Both the position numbers and the translations under genes were made by a program. Below the pieces are notes generated by a model, which was not told the origin of the DNA, searched no databases, and worked only from the letters and a program-made list of their open reading frames with translations. 64,000 nucleotides of DNA. Origin: Clostridia bacterium. Lineage in GTDB: Bacteria; Bacillota; Clostridia; Oscillospirales; CAG-272. The DNA lies in assembly GCA_017533565.1 (NCBI GenBank), contig JAFXHU010000015.1:640-64639 (forward strand), given 5' to 3'. Shown here piece after piece: positions 27,987 to 36,933 of this stretch; position 1 is the first letter of the stretch, and each line of letters opens with the position of its first letter.

Positions 27987-29039
27987 TTAGTCCGCGAGAG
28001 CCGTTGCCGTTTCGAGAGCCTCCTCGTCTGCGGTAACCTTAAGAATATGCTTATAGCTACCGAAGCCAAGGCTGAAGCGGCATCTTCCCGTCCAGTTGTA
28101 ATTGCCCGTGTGATGGTCAATCCAAGAGCTTACCGTAAGGGGAACACGCTCGAAGAACAGGTTGCCGCCGAGAGCCTTGTTTGCCTCGGAGGACATAATA
28201 ATCATTTCGTCGCAATCCGCGTTCCAGGTGGGAATCACGATGATATTCCAATTGCCGTAATGAATATTTACGTCGTTATTTGCGGTGCCTACCGCGTTTT
28301 CGGAGCCGCAAATCTGCTTTATCATCTTCTCAAGCTTCGGCTGGTTGCCGGGGAGGATAATGGTGTCTGCCACGTATCCCGTGGGGTCGCCGTTTTCGTC
28401 CTTCATATTTCGGAGCGCTGCCGCAAGGCTGTAAAGAGAGTTCTCCGCCTTTTCGATGGAGTAGCTTCCGTTTGCTCTTGCAAAATCGCCGTAGAAGTAG
28501 TTGGACTGGTTACCGCTTGCCTCTTCGTAGCCCCAGTAATGATTGCGGTGGAAAAGCGGCATACCGTCGGGGGAGGTGGTTGAGATGCGTGCGCCCGCAA
28601 AGTTAATAAAGGCGGAATTTGCACAGGAAATCGCGCTGGCGCAAGCCTTGTTGATTGTTTGGTAATAGCTTCTTACGAAGTTCTGGATTCGTCTTTTCGC
28701 TTCTGCGGCAATACCGAAGTTTGCGTCCTCCATCATCTCCGCGGTGATGGTAAACTCCTTCATAAACTGAAGATGCTCGATGCTCATTGTGAAGGTTTCT
28801 GCAACGCAGTCGTTGACGGCTGCACCGCCCTCGGGCACGTAGTCGAAGCAGTTAAAGCCCTTTTGAACGATGACGGTTTCGGCAAAATGATTGCTCTTTT
28901 CCTTGTTGAAAAGCCAATCGCAAATGCCGCCCTTCTTTTTCATAAGGTCGCTTTCATGCTCGATAAGCATCTTAATCGGCGTGTCGAGTCTGCCTATCGC
29001 GCCGTCGCCCATATACTGTGATTTAGAATAAATAATCAT
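27987..29039 (-). CDS. Major capsid protein (HK97 fold, Mu gpT-like)
   Basis: 350 aa; V.EGG, F.IT.EM.ED, DG.PLF..NH and R...GF motifs; strong AAGGAG RBS; follows the scaffold. Confidence 0.75.
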   Translation of the reverse strand: MIIYSKSQYMGDGAIGRLDTPIKMLIEHESDLMKKKGGICDWLFNKEKSNHFAETVIVQKGFNCFDYVPEGGAAVNDCVAETFTMSIEHLQFMKEFTITAEMMEDANFGIAAEAKRRIQNFVRSYYQTINKACASAISCANSAFINFAGARISTTSPDGMPLFHRNHYWGYEEASGNQSNYFYGDFARANGSYSIEKAENSLYSLAAALRNMKDENGDPTGYVADTIILPGNQPKLEKMIKQICGSENAVGTANNDVNIHYGNWNIIVIPTWNADCDEMIIMSSEANKALGGNLFFERVPLTVSSWIDHHTGNYNWTGRCRFSLGFGSYKHILKVTADEEALETATALAD

Positions 29040-29054
29040 TTTTTTCTCCTTTTT

Positions 29055-29621
29055 TTAATTTGTTACTCTTTTATAAAGGTTGTAAATTTGTGAATCGGAA
29101 AGTCCCGAAAGGATTTCCCTTGCAACCGAAAGCTCCGCACGCGACATTGCTCCGCGGGGAGCGCCCGCGGTCTGCGAAACCGCACTCGAAAGGTGCGCGC
29201 GTCCGTCCCTTTTCTTCGCTCTGTGCGAGGTGGCGAGGTAAGCCTCGATTGCGGTAAGCCCGAGGTCGCGCAGGGCGGCGTAGCGCATAGCACCCGAAAG
29301 CTCGGATATGTCACGAAGCTCCGAAAGCTCGGGAAAATTCGCCCGAAGCACCTCAAGGTCCTCTCTCATTATTCTCTCGTAATCCACCTCGGCTGCGGGA
29401 GTGGAGTCCGTGTCCTCCGCATCGCTCAAGCTTGACTCTGCGGCGTAGCCGTCGGTCATATCAGCCGTCCCTGCCTCTGCCTCGGGTGCGGAGCCGCTTG
29501 CACCGTCGGACTGTCCGACGTCCTCGGTATTCTCTTGGCTTATCGGCTGTACCTTTGCCTCTGTGTCCGAATTCAACTCGGGCGAAACCGTATCTATGCC
29601 GTATCCTGCGCTGTTATCCAT
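29055..29621 (-). CDS. Putative capsid scaffolding protein
   Basis: Acidic, disordered N-terminal half, helical C-terminal half ending LSDSQIYNLYKRV; directly before the capsid gene. Confidence 0.6.
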   Translation of the reverse strand: MDNSAGYGIDTVSPELNSDTEAKVQPISQENTEDVGQSDGASGSAPEAEAGTADMTDGYAAESSLSDAEDTDSTPAAEVDYERIMREDLEVLRANFPELSELRDISELSGAMRYAALRDLGLTAIEAYLATSHRAKKRDGRAHLSSAVSQTAGAPRGAMSRAELSVAREILSGLSDSQIYNLYKRVTN

Positions 29622-29758
29622 TACTTCTTACCCGTGCGAAGGTCGCCCTTTCCGACGATTTTTTCTCCCTTGGGGGAGTTATTTGACTTGCTTGGCGCCT
29701 TTACCATTCCGTAGCCAAGCTCGCGGTAAGCGTTTTTGCTTTCTGCGTTCTTTTTCAT
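29621..29758 (-). CDS. Small basic protein (45 aa; absent from ORF track)
   Basis: GAAAGGA RBS; MKKNAESKNAYRELGYGMVKAPSKSNNSPKGEKIVGKGDLRTGKK; TAATG overlap with the scaffold start. Confidence 0.7.
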   Translation of the reverse strand: MKKNAESKNAYRELGYGMVKAPSKSNNSPKGEKIVGKGDLRTGKK

Positions 29759-29781
29759 TGTTTTATCCTTTCTTGCTTGTT

Positions 29782-30486
29782 TTATTTTGTGTTTGCAATG
29801 CCTTTAAGCTCGTCTGTATAGCCTGCGCTTTTTCCCTTGTCGAGAAAGCGTCCCGTCTGCCACACAAGCTCGTTAATATCCTCCTCGAGAAGACCCATTC
29901 TCGCCGCGTAGCTTCGTATTGCCGCCTCGTCCATATAGGAGGACTGCGCCGCGATTATGCACTTGTCGAATACGCTGTCGCGCAGGGCGCGGTAAACGTT
30001 TGCGCTGACGGTTGCGGCATCCTCGGGCGAAAGCCCCTTGTCTATGCCTATTGCGTAGGTTTCGTCAAGCCGCATTATTCCAAAGCCTACGAGCTGTGAC
30101 TCAAGGCTTTTCATTTTGCTGTCCCGGGTGCTTCTGTATTTTTGAAGATAGTCCTCGTATCCCGCCTGTGCGGTTATATATTGATTTTCCATTCTCTCGC
30201 CCGCCGCGCTTACGCTTGCGAGCTGCTTTGCGCGTGCCGCCTCCTCAAGATACTCCGCGTAGCCTCCGCCCGAAAGTCCGCTTCGCGCCAAAAGCTCCGC
30301 CTGCGTGCCGTAATTTGCCGAGTCGGAAAGCTGTGCGTTGATTGCGCTCCTAACCGCGGCGGAGTAATCCGAAATCGGATTGATGCCCTTTGCGCTCATA
30401 TATTCGGAGAGGGATTTTGCACTCGCGGAGCTTTTGAGTCCGCGCCGCTGCTTAAGAAATTCCTCGAGCGATTTCGCTTCCTTCAT
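29782..30486 (-). CDS. Ala-rich helical protein, possible internal virion/ejection protein
   Basis: YG.QAE.LA.SGLSGGGY..Y segment; overlaps the portal 3' end; AAGGAG RBS. Confidence 0.55.
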   Translation of the reverse strand: MKEAKSLEEFLKQRRGLKSSASAKSLSEYMSAKGINPISDYSAAVRSAINAQLSDSANYGTQAELLARSGLSGGGYAEYLEEAARAKQLASVSAAGERMENQYITAQAGYEDYLQKYRSTRDSKMKSLESQLVGFGIMRLDETYAIGIDKGLSPEDAATVSANVYRALRDSVFDKCIIAAQSSYMDEAAIRSYAARMGLLEEDINELVWQTGRFLDKGKSAGYTDELKGIANTK

Positions 30487-32266
30487 AGACCGCGTTCTCC
30501 TTTCTTAAAGCGTCGGTGAAATATTCGACGTTCTCTCTTGCGTGCGGATAGTGCGCTCGCTCCTGACTTTGCCAATAGCGAAGAAGGGTAACCGTGCTGC
30601 TCGGGTCGCCGAGAGTCCCCGCCTTCAGGTTTTCGAGGTTTCTTTGCCAAAGCGCCTCTCTTTGATAATCCGCGCCCTCGTTTCTGTCCGCGGAGAATAG
30701 GTAGGCATCGTCGTAGTAATACTCGCCGCGTATTCGGTCGTATTCAATAAAATCGTAGCGGTTGAATTCCGCGGAGTGTATTCTGCCGTATGCGTCCTTG
30801 TAGGAAAGGCGTCGCGGCTCGTCCGCGAAGGCGAGATAAAGCGTGAAAATGATTTTATCAAGCTCTGCGTAAGCCGCCTCCTTCATTCTTCGCTTGGATT
30901 CAAGCCTGCCCGTAGCCTGCGAAATTCGCAGCTGCTTTGCAACACCCGACTCGGTTACCGCGGTGTCTATGCCCTGGTAGGCGTCGGAAATGCCGATAAC
31001 CCTCTTTGCGTGGTCGTAAAGCCTCTCCGCCTCCGCAATATCCTGGCTTATATCGGGGGTGGTATCCACCTTTCCGTATTGAGCCGCGCTCTCTCCGGGC
31101 TTCATTCTTATAACCTGACCGAATACCGAATTATTGAGCGAAACCGTGGCGTCCTCGGGAACTATGGGTGTAATTCCCGCGCGTATGAGCTTTTCGAGAA
31201 TACGGCTCTCGATTTTGTTGATTGCCTGCTGCTCGGGGCGTATGTACTCGCAGTCCGAGCCGCCGAAAAGCGATGCCTCGCGAGAGGTGTTCTTTCTTAC
31301 AACGACGGGAAAATGCTTTGGAACGTAGTAGGGAAGGGAGGTTCGCTTTTTCTGAACCTCGCCGTTTTTGATTACGGGCGCGCCGCCCTCCGTAATCGGA
31401 GTGCTGGCTCGCAGGACGCTACCGCCCGCGGAAAATACGTCGTCGGAAAGAAGCTCGTAAAGGAGGTTACCCTCCGCCGCCTTAACTCCGCATTCGCATT
31501 CGCCCTCCGCCGCACCGCATTTCGGGCAAATCCGCCCCTTGCGGTAATAGTATTTCGGAAGGTGCGAAAGCTCCACGTCGCCCGTGAAAAGGTATCTGCA
31601 AACGTCGCCGTCGTCGTCCTTGTAAAAGCAGACGATAAGATTTACGGCGTCCCCCTCGGGCACGCCCGTGTCGTATTCGTAGCAAAGCTCCGCCGCGTCA
31701 AGCTCCTCCGCGCTCTTGCCGTAGCTTCTCGAAAGCTCGCCCTTCGTGGTGGTGAACTTGAGGAAAAGGTATTCCATATCCTCTATTTTGAAGATGCCGG
31801 GCTGCGGAATTATGTCCTTCGGCGAAAGGCAATGCACCTTCACCGTGCCAACCTCACCGAGATATTCGGAGCTGTTATCCCATTCCACGTACCACACGCT
31901 ACCGCCGTAAATATAGGTATAACGCTCGTCGATGTCGTTAAGCTCGTCGAACGGAAGCCGCATTCTCACCGCACGGCAAAGCCTTTCGATGGACGCGGCG
32001 TTACGCTCTCTTGACTCGCTGTACGAGCTTGCGTCCGCCTTTGGCATAGGAATGTCGGAGGAAACCTGGCTTTCCACGATTTCGTATGTGATGTTTCTCA
32101 CCGTGAGCGCTGCCTCGGTTGAGCCGTCGATTGCCGTGTCACCCATATACTGGCGCATATTCCTCTCGCATTCGGAAAAGGTTTCCTGTGCGGCGGTTAA
32201 GGCTCTTTCGTAAAGCGTGCTGAAAAAATCGAGGCGCAGCTCTTTTGTACTGTTTTCAATTTTCAA
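30452..32266 (-). CDS. Portal protein
   Basis: About 600 aa following TerL; ISDAYQG....ESGVAKQL...QATGRLESKR stem segment; TTG start overlaps the TerL stop. Confidence 0.8.
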   Translation of the reverse strand: MKIENSTKELRLDFFSTLYERALTAAQETFSECERNMRQYMGDTAIDGSTEAALTVRNITYEIVESQVSSDIPMPKADASSYSESRERNAASIERLCRAVRMRLPFDELNDIDERYTYIYGGSVWYVEWDNSSEYLGEVGTVKVHCLSPKDIIPQPGIFKIEDMEYLFLKFTTTKGELSRSYGKSAEELDAAELCYEYDTGVPEGDAVNLIVCFYKDDDGDVCRYLFTGDVELSHLPKYYYRKGRICPKCGAAEGECECGVKAAEGNLLYELLSDDVFSAGGSVLRASTPITEGGAPVIKNGEVQKKRTSLPYYVPKHFPVVVRKNTSREASLFGGSDCEYIRPEQQAINKIESRILEKLIRAGITPIVPEDATVSLNNSVFGQVIRMKPGESAAQYGKVDTTPDISQDIAEAERLYDHAKRVIGISDAYQGIDTAVTESGVAKQLRISQATGRLESKRRMKEAAYAELDKIIFTLYLAFADEPRRLSYKDAYGRIHSAEFNRYDFIEYDRIRGEYYYDDAYLFSADRNEGADYQREALWQRNLENLKAGTLGDPSSTVTLLRYWQSQERAHYPHARENVEYFTDALRKENAVYEGSEIARGIS

Positions 32267-33630
32267 AGTGGTTCTCCGTATTTTGATTTTAGATATTTTC
32301 TGCCCGCCTCGTTTGCCGTGGCGTAGTCCTCCCACATATCCTGCGACCACCTCGTGCGCCTGACGCTTTTGCTCTCGCTCGGCGGGCGGGTGTGAAAGAT
32401 TGCAAAGCCGCGAAGTGCATCGGGTGCGTGGGTTATGGCGTGCGGCTCGGTGGAGCAGTCGGTCGGACGCACCCTGTCAACCGAGAGGGCGGGCAGACAG
32501 CGTATTATCTCGGTGCAGTTGTTGAAGATTTTGAGCCGCGGTCCGTCCTCCCCGTCGCGGAGCAGCTCCTTCACGGCAAGCCAGCCGCATTCCCTGTCGT
32601 TGGAGGTTTTCGTGAAATGAACCCCGAACTCGGCGAAAAGTCCCGACTTGGTTTTACCCGTTTCCTGGCTTCTCGAAAAGAGGTCGGGAGGTGCAAGGGT
32701 GGCGTAGATATCCTCGCCCGCGGGCGTCCTCTCGGTTATCGCCCTCGCCGCCGCGCTTATCGGGAGGTTGCTCTCGCAATATTCGCGGTAAAGGTAAACC
32801 CTGCCGTCGGGCGCAATCGCAAGCCAAAGCACCGCAAGGCGGTCAAGTCCGTAGTCAACCGTTCTGTATCTGCGCCATTCCGACGGAATTTCAAAGGGTG
32901 CAACCGTGTGCTTTGCCACCGAAAACTCCGAAAAGTACTGTCCGTCGAAGATGTTCCAATCTCCGAGAAGAAGCGCGCGTCTTTCCCTTTCGGGGAGGTT
33001 TTTAAGGCGCTCCTTATACGCGGGGTCGCTTTGCATAAGGAATTTGTTGTCCTCGACGAAGGAGGGAATGAATATTCGCTTCATTCCGCCCTCTCCCTCG
33101 AAGGTCTTGCCCGCGGGTGCGGCATCGACGAACCTTTCCTTTACCCAGGTATGACCTACGCCGCCGGGGTTTGTGGAGGACTTAATCTGCTTTGGATAGG
33201 AGTTCGCTCCCCTCACTCGCGATATGAGGTAAACGTACTGCATTTCGGTGAAGTGGGTTAATTCGTCAAAGCGTATTACGTCGTATTCCGCGCTTTGATA
33301 CTGGTACACGTCGTTTTCTCCCGCACAGTAGCCGAAATCGATAACCGACCCGTTTTTGAATTTCCCCGTATGTGTTGACGAGTTAAGCGTGAATATCTCC
33401 CGCGGATAAAGCGAAAGGGCACAGCGGATAAGCGATTTTTCAAGCTCCGCATAAGTCCTTCGCAATATGAGCTGTCTTGAGCGCGGGTATTTGAGAGCGA
33501 AAAGGAGTGCGTCAACCATTTGTCCGTAGGACTTTCCGCCGCCCGCCGCCCCGCCGAAAAGCACCTCGCTCTCGGTCGCGTCGATAAACCGCTTCTGCTT
33601 TTTCGTTACCGATATATTAAGCCTCCTCAC
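32263..33630 (-). CDS. terL: Terminase large subunit
   Basis: Walker A GGAAGGGKS, LILRRT, Walker B FDELTHF, STNPGG.GH.WVK, nuclease VDYG and H.PDALR. Confidence 0.93.
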   Translation of the reverse strand: MRRLNISVTKKQKRFIDATESEVLFGGAAGGGKSYGQMVDALLFALKYPRSRQLILRRTYAELEKSLIRCALSLYPREIFTLNSSTHTGKFKNGSVIDFGYCAGENDVYQYQSAEYDVIRFDELTHFTEMQYVYLISRVRGANSYPKQIKSSTNPGGVGHTWVKERFVDAAPAGKTFEGEGGMKRIFIPSFVEDNKFLMQSDPAYKERLKNLPERERRALLLGDWNIFDGQYFSEFSVAKHTVAPFEIPSEWRRYRTVDYGLDRLAVLWLAIAPDGRVYLYREYCESNLPISAAARAITERTPAGEDIYATLAPPDLFSRSQETGKTKSGLFAEFGVHFTKTSNDRECGWLAVKELLRDGEDGPRLKIFNNCTEIIRCLPALSVDRVRPTDCSTEPHAITHAPDALRGFAIFHTRPPSESKSVRRTRWSQDMWEDYATANEAGRKYLKSKYGEPL

Positions 33631-33964
33631 CGACTACCTCCACCGTAACGGTAAGCGGCTCCGTGCCGAGCGATTCTCTTTCCTCGCCCATACCGTATTC
33701 CGCGGAAAGGATGAATTTCGTCATAGAGGCGTCCTGCTTCTTGCCAAGCGCGCTGTCAATAAGATAATCTCTTCGGATTTCGCTGCATTCCTCACAGGCA
33801 CGTCTGAATTCCTTTTTCTGCTCCTTAAAGCACAATACGTCGGCGAGTGTAAGACCCGCTTCTCTTGCAAATTTCGAAAGGCTTGGCGCACCCATTCCCC
33901 CAAAATTGAGAAAGTAGGTGTAAAGCCTTCTCGGTAAATCCTTCGTGTACCTTGCCTTTTTCAT
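33617..33964 (-). CDS. Putative terminase small subunit
   Basis: 115 aa, HTH-like N-terminus (PSLSKFAREAG) then helical region; AGGAGG RBS; immediately upstream of terL. Confidence 0.7.
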   Translation of the reverse strand: MKKARYTKDLPRRLYTYFLNFGGMGAPSLSKFAREAGLTLADVLCFKEQKKEFRRACEECSEIRRDYLIDSALGKKQDASMTKFILSAEYGMGEERESLGTEPLTVTVEVVGEEA

Positions 33965-34012
33965 TAAGTCCTCCTACACGGGGAAATCTCGAGCTTTCCC
34001 TCGTGTGAGTCC

Positions 34013-34041
34013 ATTTTACACGCCCAATTTCCGTTTGTAAG
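34013..34041 (-). promoter_or_regulatory. Candidate promoter of the virion operon
   Basis: CTTACA-17 bp-TAAAAT on the minus strand, followed by a 5' leader hairpin (33976-34006) and AGGAGG. Confidence 0.45.
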
Positions 34042-34593
34042 TATCAGAGCATTCCAAAATTCACCTCATTTTTCACTCCTTTCGTTGTAAGGACTGCACA
34101 AAAACCGAGGCAGGCTAACCCGAAAAAGCCCGAAAATAGCTCCGAAATTTGACACCTTTGGGGCACTTTTTTGACCCCCGAAAATTGAACGAAATCCCTT
34201 ACGGTGCAAGGGTTTTCGGCGCGTTTTAGCAAAAAACGAAAATGCGAATTTGACACTTTTGAGAGCCAATTTTTGGTAAAAACGCACTTTTTTCAAAAAA
34301 ATCGCAAAAAAAAATCCCCTTTCTTGCAAAAAGGGGGCGGCAAATCAAAATAAGAAGTCGGGGTAAAGCAAATGGCGGTTACGGCGGTAAAGCAAAATGA
34401 GAGTCCGAGGCAAGGTGAGGTGACGAACGGGGGTAATGCAGACAAAAGGAGGTGATGTCGGCAAATTTATGTAATGGCGGCAAAGGGAAAAAAGCGGTTA
34501 AAGCCTTTGCCCGTGCGCTTGATTTCGGCTTTGGGGCAAAAAAAGAAGGGCAAACGGAAAATCCGTCTGCCCGGCTCTGTAAATATTGCGCTT

Positions 34594-36753
34594 TTATATT
34601 TCAATTACGTTTCTTCCGACCGAAAGTGGGATTGCTTCCTCTCCGTTTTTAAACACGCCCGAGATGCCCGCGGGGAGCGTTACTGTGACGGAGGTCCTTT
34701 CCTCGGTAAGGATTTCGACCTTGATTTTTTCGCCGTTGCCCGCCGTTATATAACCGCTTGCGTTTTTAACAGTGCCGATTGCGCGCGGCTCGATTATCAC
34801 ACGCCCGTAGCCGACGGAGTCCTCCGCCTGCCGTATTCCGAGAATGTAATCGAAAAGGAATGCCGCCACAGCACCGAGCATCGGGTGGCAAAGCGAGCGC
34901 GAGGCGTCGCCCCAATATTCGGGAAGGGTAGTGCGCCCCTCCTTCATAAATCTGCCGAAGCCGTGGGGTGTGTCCGCGGTCATAAGCCTTACCGCTATGT
35001 CGCCCCTGCCGTTTTCGAACATAAGCCGAGTTACAAGCTCCGTGCCGAAAATTCCCGTATCGTAATATCCAAGCTCGTCATACCTTTCGATAAGCCTATT
35101 GAGCGTTCTTTCGTCACCGATGCCCATATCGACGGCAAATGCGTTTGCACCCTGTATTCCTCCGATAAAATTGCCGTCCCACGGATTCATATACGCGACG
35201 GTTGTTGCGCGTCTGCGGTACGCAATCCTTCTTTCAAGCTCGGGAATGTCCGCCTCCTTGCCGAGAAGCCGTGCGATTTCTATCATTTTTTGACAGGACT
35301 TTACGTAAAAGTAATTGTTTACGTAGGGTGCGGGAAGCGCAACGGGGTCGGGTGTTACCCAATCGCCGAGACACCATTCACCCTCTCTGTCGCTTACGAC
35401 AAGACCGTTTTCGGAATGGTCGTCAAGGTAGCGGAGATACTCCCACATCTGCGGATACATTTCCGCAACGGGCGAAATATCGCCAAAGCGGTTGTAAAAC
35501 TCATATGGAACGGACACCATTGCCGAGCCCCAGCCGCCGGGACCTCCGCCCGCGTGCGTGTAGGGCGCGGTGTATTGCACGTGACCCGAAATCCTGTCCT
35601 GACAGTCGGAAATGTCGGTAAGCCACTTGCGGTAAAATCTCTCCGAATCCACCGTCAGCATTGCCGCGTGCGCGCAAAGCTGTCCGTCACCCGTATATCC
35701 GCGACGCTCTATCTGCGGACAGTCGGAGGGCATTCCCGAGTGCATATTTATAAGCTGGGTGTGCATAAACAGCCTGTAAACATAGTTAAGCACCGTATTA
35801 TCCGAGGTAAAGTCGGCGTTTTCGGCTACCTCCGAATAAACCTCGTCAAAGCGGATTATCTCCGCATTTCCCTTTACCCTTGCGTATCTTGCGCAAATCC
35901 AACCAAACTCGGGGCGGACGGTGCGACCCTCTCCGTCCGAGATAATATTGAACTTCTGCTCGTGCGCGTGGGTTTCGTCAATGTCGGTGCCGTCCTTTAG
36001 CACGTCCTCGGAGAAAAGGATTTCCACTCTCTCGCCGCACTCGGCATCAACCCTTACGAGCGGATAACACGTTGTGTTTATGCCGAAATCGTATATTTTG
36101 TATTCCTCGCACTCGTACGAAACGGTGGGGGAAAGACTGCGGTGTATTATATCGCGCGGACAGTCGGTGGTACAGTATTCGCTCTCGCGAAGGTCTGCCT
36201 CCAAAACGACAGGTCTGCCCTCTCCACCAAAAGAGGGAAGCCGTGCCGATTTGTCGTCAATGCGAAGGTCCTGGCACTCTCCCTTGTTGTAATGGTTGTC
36301 GGTTACGTGGGAGGGAATCCATCTCGCCTCCTCGGAGGACACAACCTCTCGCCCGTCGGCGAATTTAATGCGAAAGGCAACCTTTTTGTTTCCGTCGCCA
36401 AAGCTCTCCTCCCATATCGGCTTGTTGTACCAGCCGTTGCCGAGAAGCACCGATACCACGTTTTCACCCTCCGAAAGAAGGTGGGATATATTGAATTTTT
36501 CAACGTATACACGGTGGTGCAGTATTTCGCCCGACGGAAAGTCGTTTGCCTCGAAATCCGACGCGAGGGGAAGACACTCGCTCTCGTGAACGCGCACCCC
36601 GTTAATATAAAGGATAAAAACTCCGAAGCCGAGGACGGCTATCTCCGCATCCTCTCCCGCCCTTGCATTAAAGCTTTGATAAACGAGAGGGATGTCAAGG
36701 TCGTTGCCCGTTCCTATCCATTTTGCCTTGCCGAAAAAATCCGAAAAATTCAT
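34594..36753 (-). CDS. GH78-family glycoside hydrolase (rhamnosidase-like)
   Basis: LLGNGWY, PSDCPQIERRGYTGDGQ, LGDW and TTL.EYW...SLCHPM. Confidence 0.88.
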   Translation of the reverse strand: MNFSDFFGKAKWIGTGNDLDIPLVYQSFNARAGEDAEIAVLGFGVFILYINGVRVHESECLPLASDFEANDFPSGEILHHRVYVEKFNISHLLSEGENVVSVLLGNGWYNKPIWEESFGDGNKKVAFRIKFADGREVVSSEEARWIPSHVTDNHYNKGECQDLRIDDKSARLPSFGGEGRPVVLEADLRESEYCTTDCPRDIIHRSLSPTVSYECEEYKIYDFGINTTCYPLVRVDAECGERVEILFSEDVLKDGTDIDETHAHEQKFNIISDGEGRTVRPEFGWICARYARVKGNAEIIRFDEVYSEVAENADFTSDNTVLNYVYRLFMHTQLINMHSGMPSDCPQIERRGYTGDGQLCAHAAMLTVDSERFYRKWLTDISDCQDRISGHVQYTAPYTHAGGGPGGWGSAMVSVPYEFYNRFGDISPVAEMYPQMWEYLRYLDDHSENGLVVSDREGEWCLGDWVTPDPVALPAPYVNNYFYVKSCQKMIEIARLLGKEADIPELERRIAYRRRATTVAYMNPWDGNFIGGIQGANAFAVDMGIGDERTLNRLIERYDELGYYDTGIFGTELVTRLMFENGRGDIAVRLMTADTPHGFGRFMKEGRTTLPEYWGDASRSLCHPMLGAVAAFLFDYILGIRQAEDSVGYGRVIIEPRAIGTVKNASGYITAGNGEKIKVEILTEERTSVTVTLPAGISGVFKNGEEAIPLSVGRNVIEI

Positions 36754-36835
36754 AATATGCTCCATTCTGCCGCCGCGGCGGCTTTTTTTGCTTTAATTTT
36801 CCAAGCCTGTTTTGTTGTCTTTTAAGCTATTGCCG

Positions 36836-36900
36836 TTTTTGTCTGTGCTTTTACCTATGGTCTTTTTGTCTGTGCTTTTACCTATGGTCTTTTTGCCTGT
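36836..36900. repeat. 27-bp tandem duplication (2 exact + 1 partial copy)
   Basis: TTTTTGTCTGTGCTTTTACCTATGGTC at 36836 and 36863, partial at 36890. Confidence 0.9.
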
Positions 36901-36933
36901 ATTTTTCAAATATTGCCGTTTTATGCCTGTGCT

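Larger units (their letters stand above)
21709..33964 (-). mobile_element. Stand-alone podovirus-type virion assembly operon (GTA-like or prophage remnant)
   Basis: 14 co-oriented, closely spaced ORFs in head-then-tail order; no integrase, replication, repressor or lysin recognised; host genes on both sides. Confidence 0.8.

Noticed and set aside
30776-33261. 412-aa and 289-aa plus-strand ORFs inside the particle operon
   Set aside because: Antisense to the portal and terL; no recognisable domains
21400-34593. Complete inducible prophage with att sites
   Set aside because: No integrase, tRNA target or flanking direct repeat seen by eye, and 12 kb lacks all early functions
34474-36000. 508-aa plus-strand ORF
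   Set aside because: Antisense shadow of the GH78 gene; no motifs or RBS
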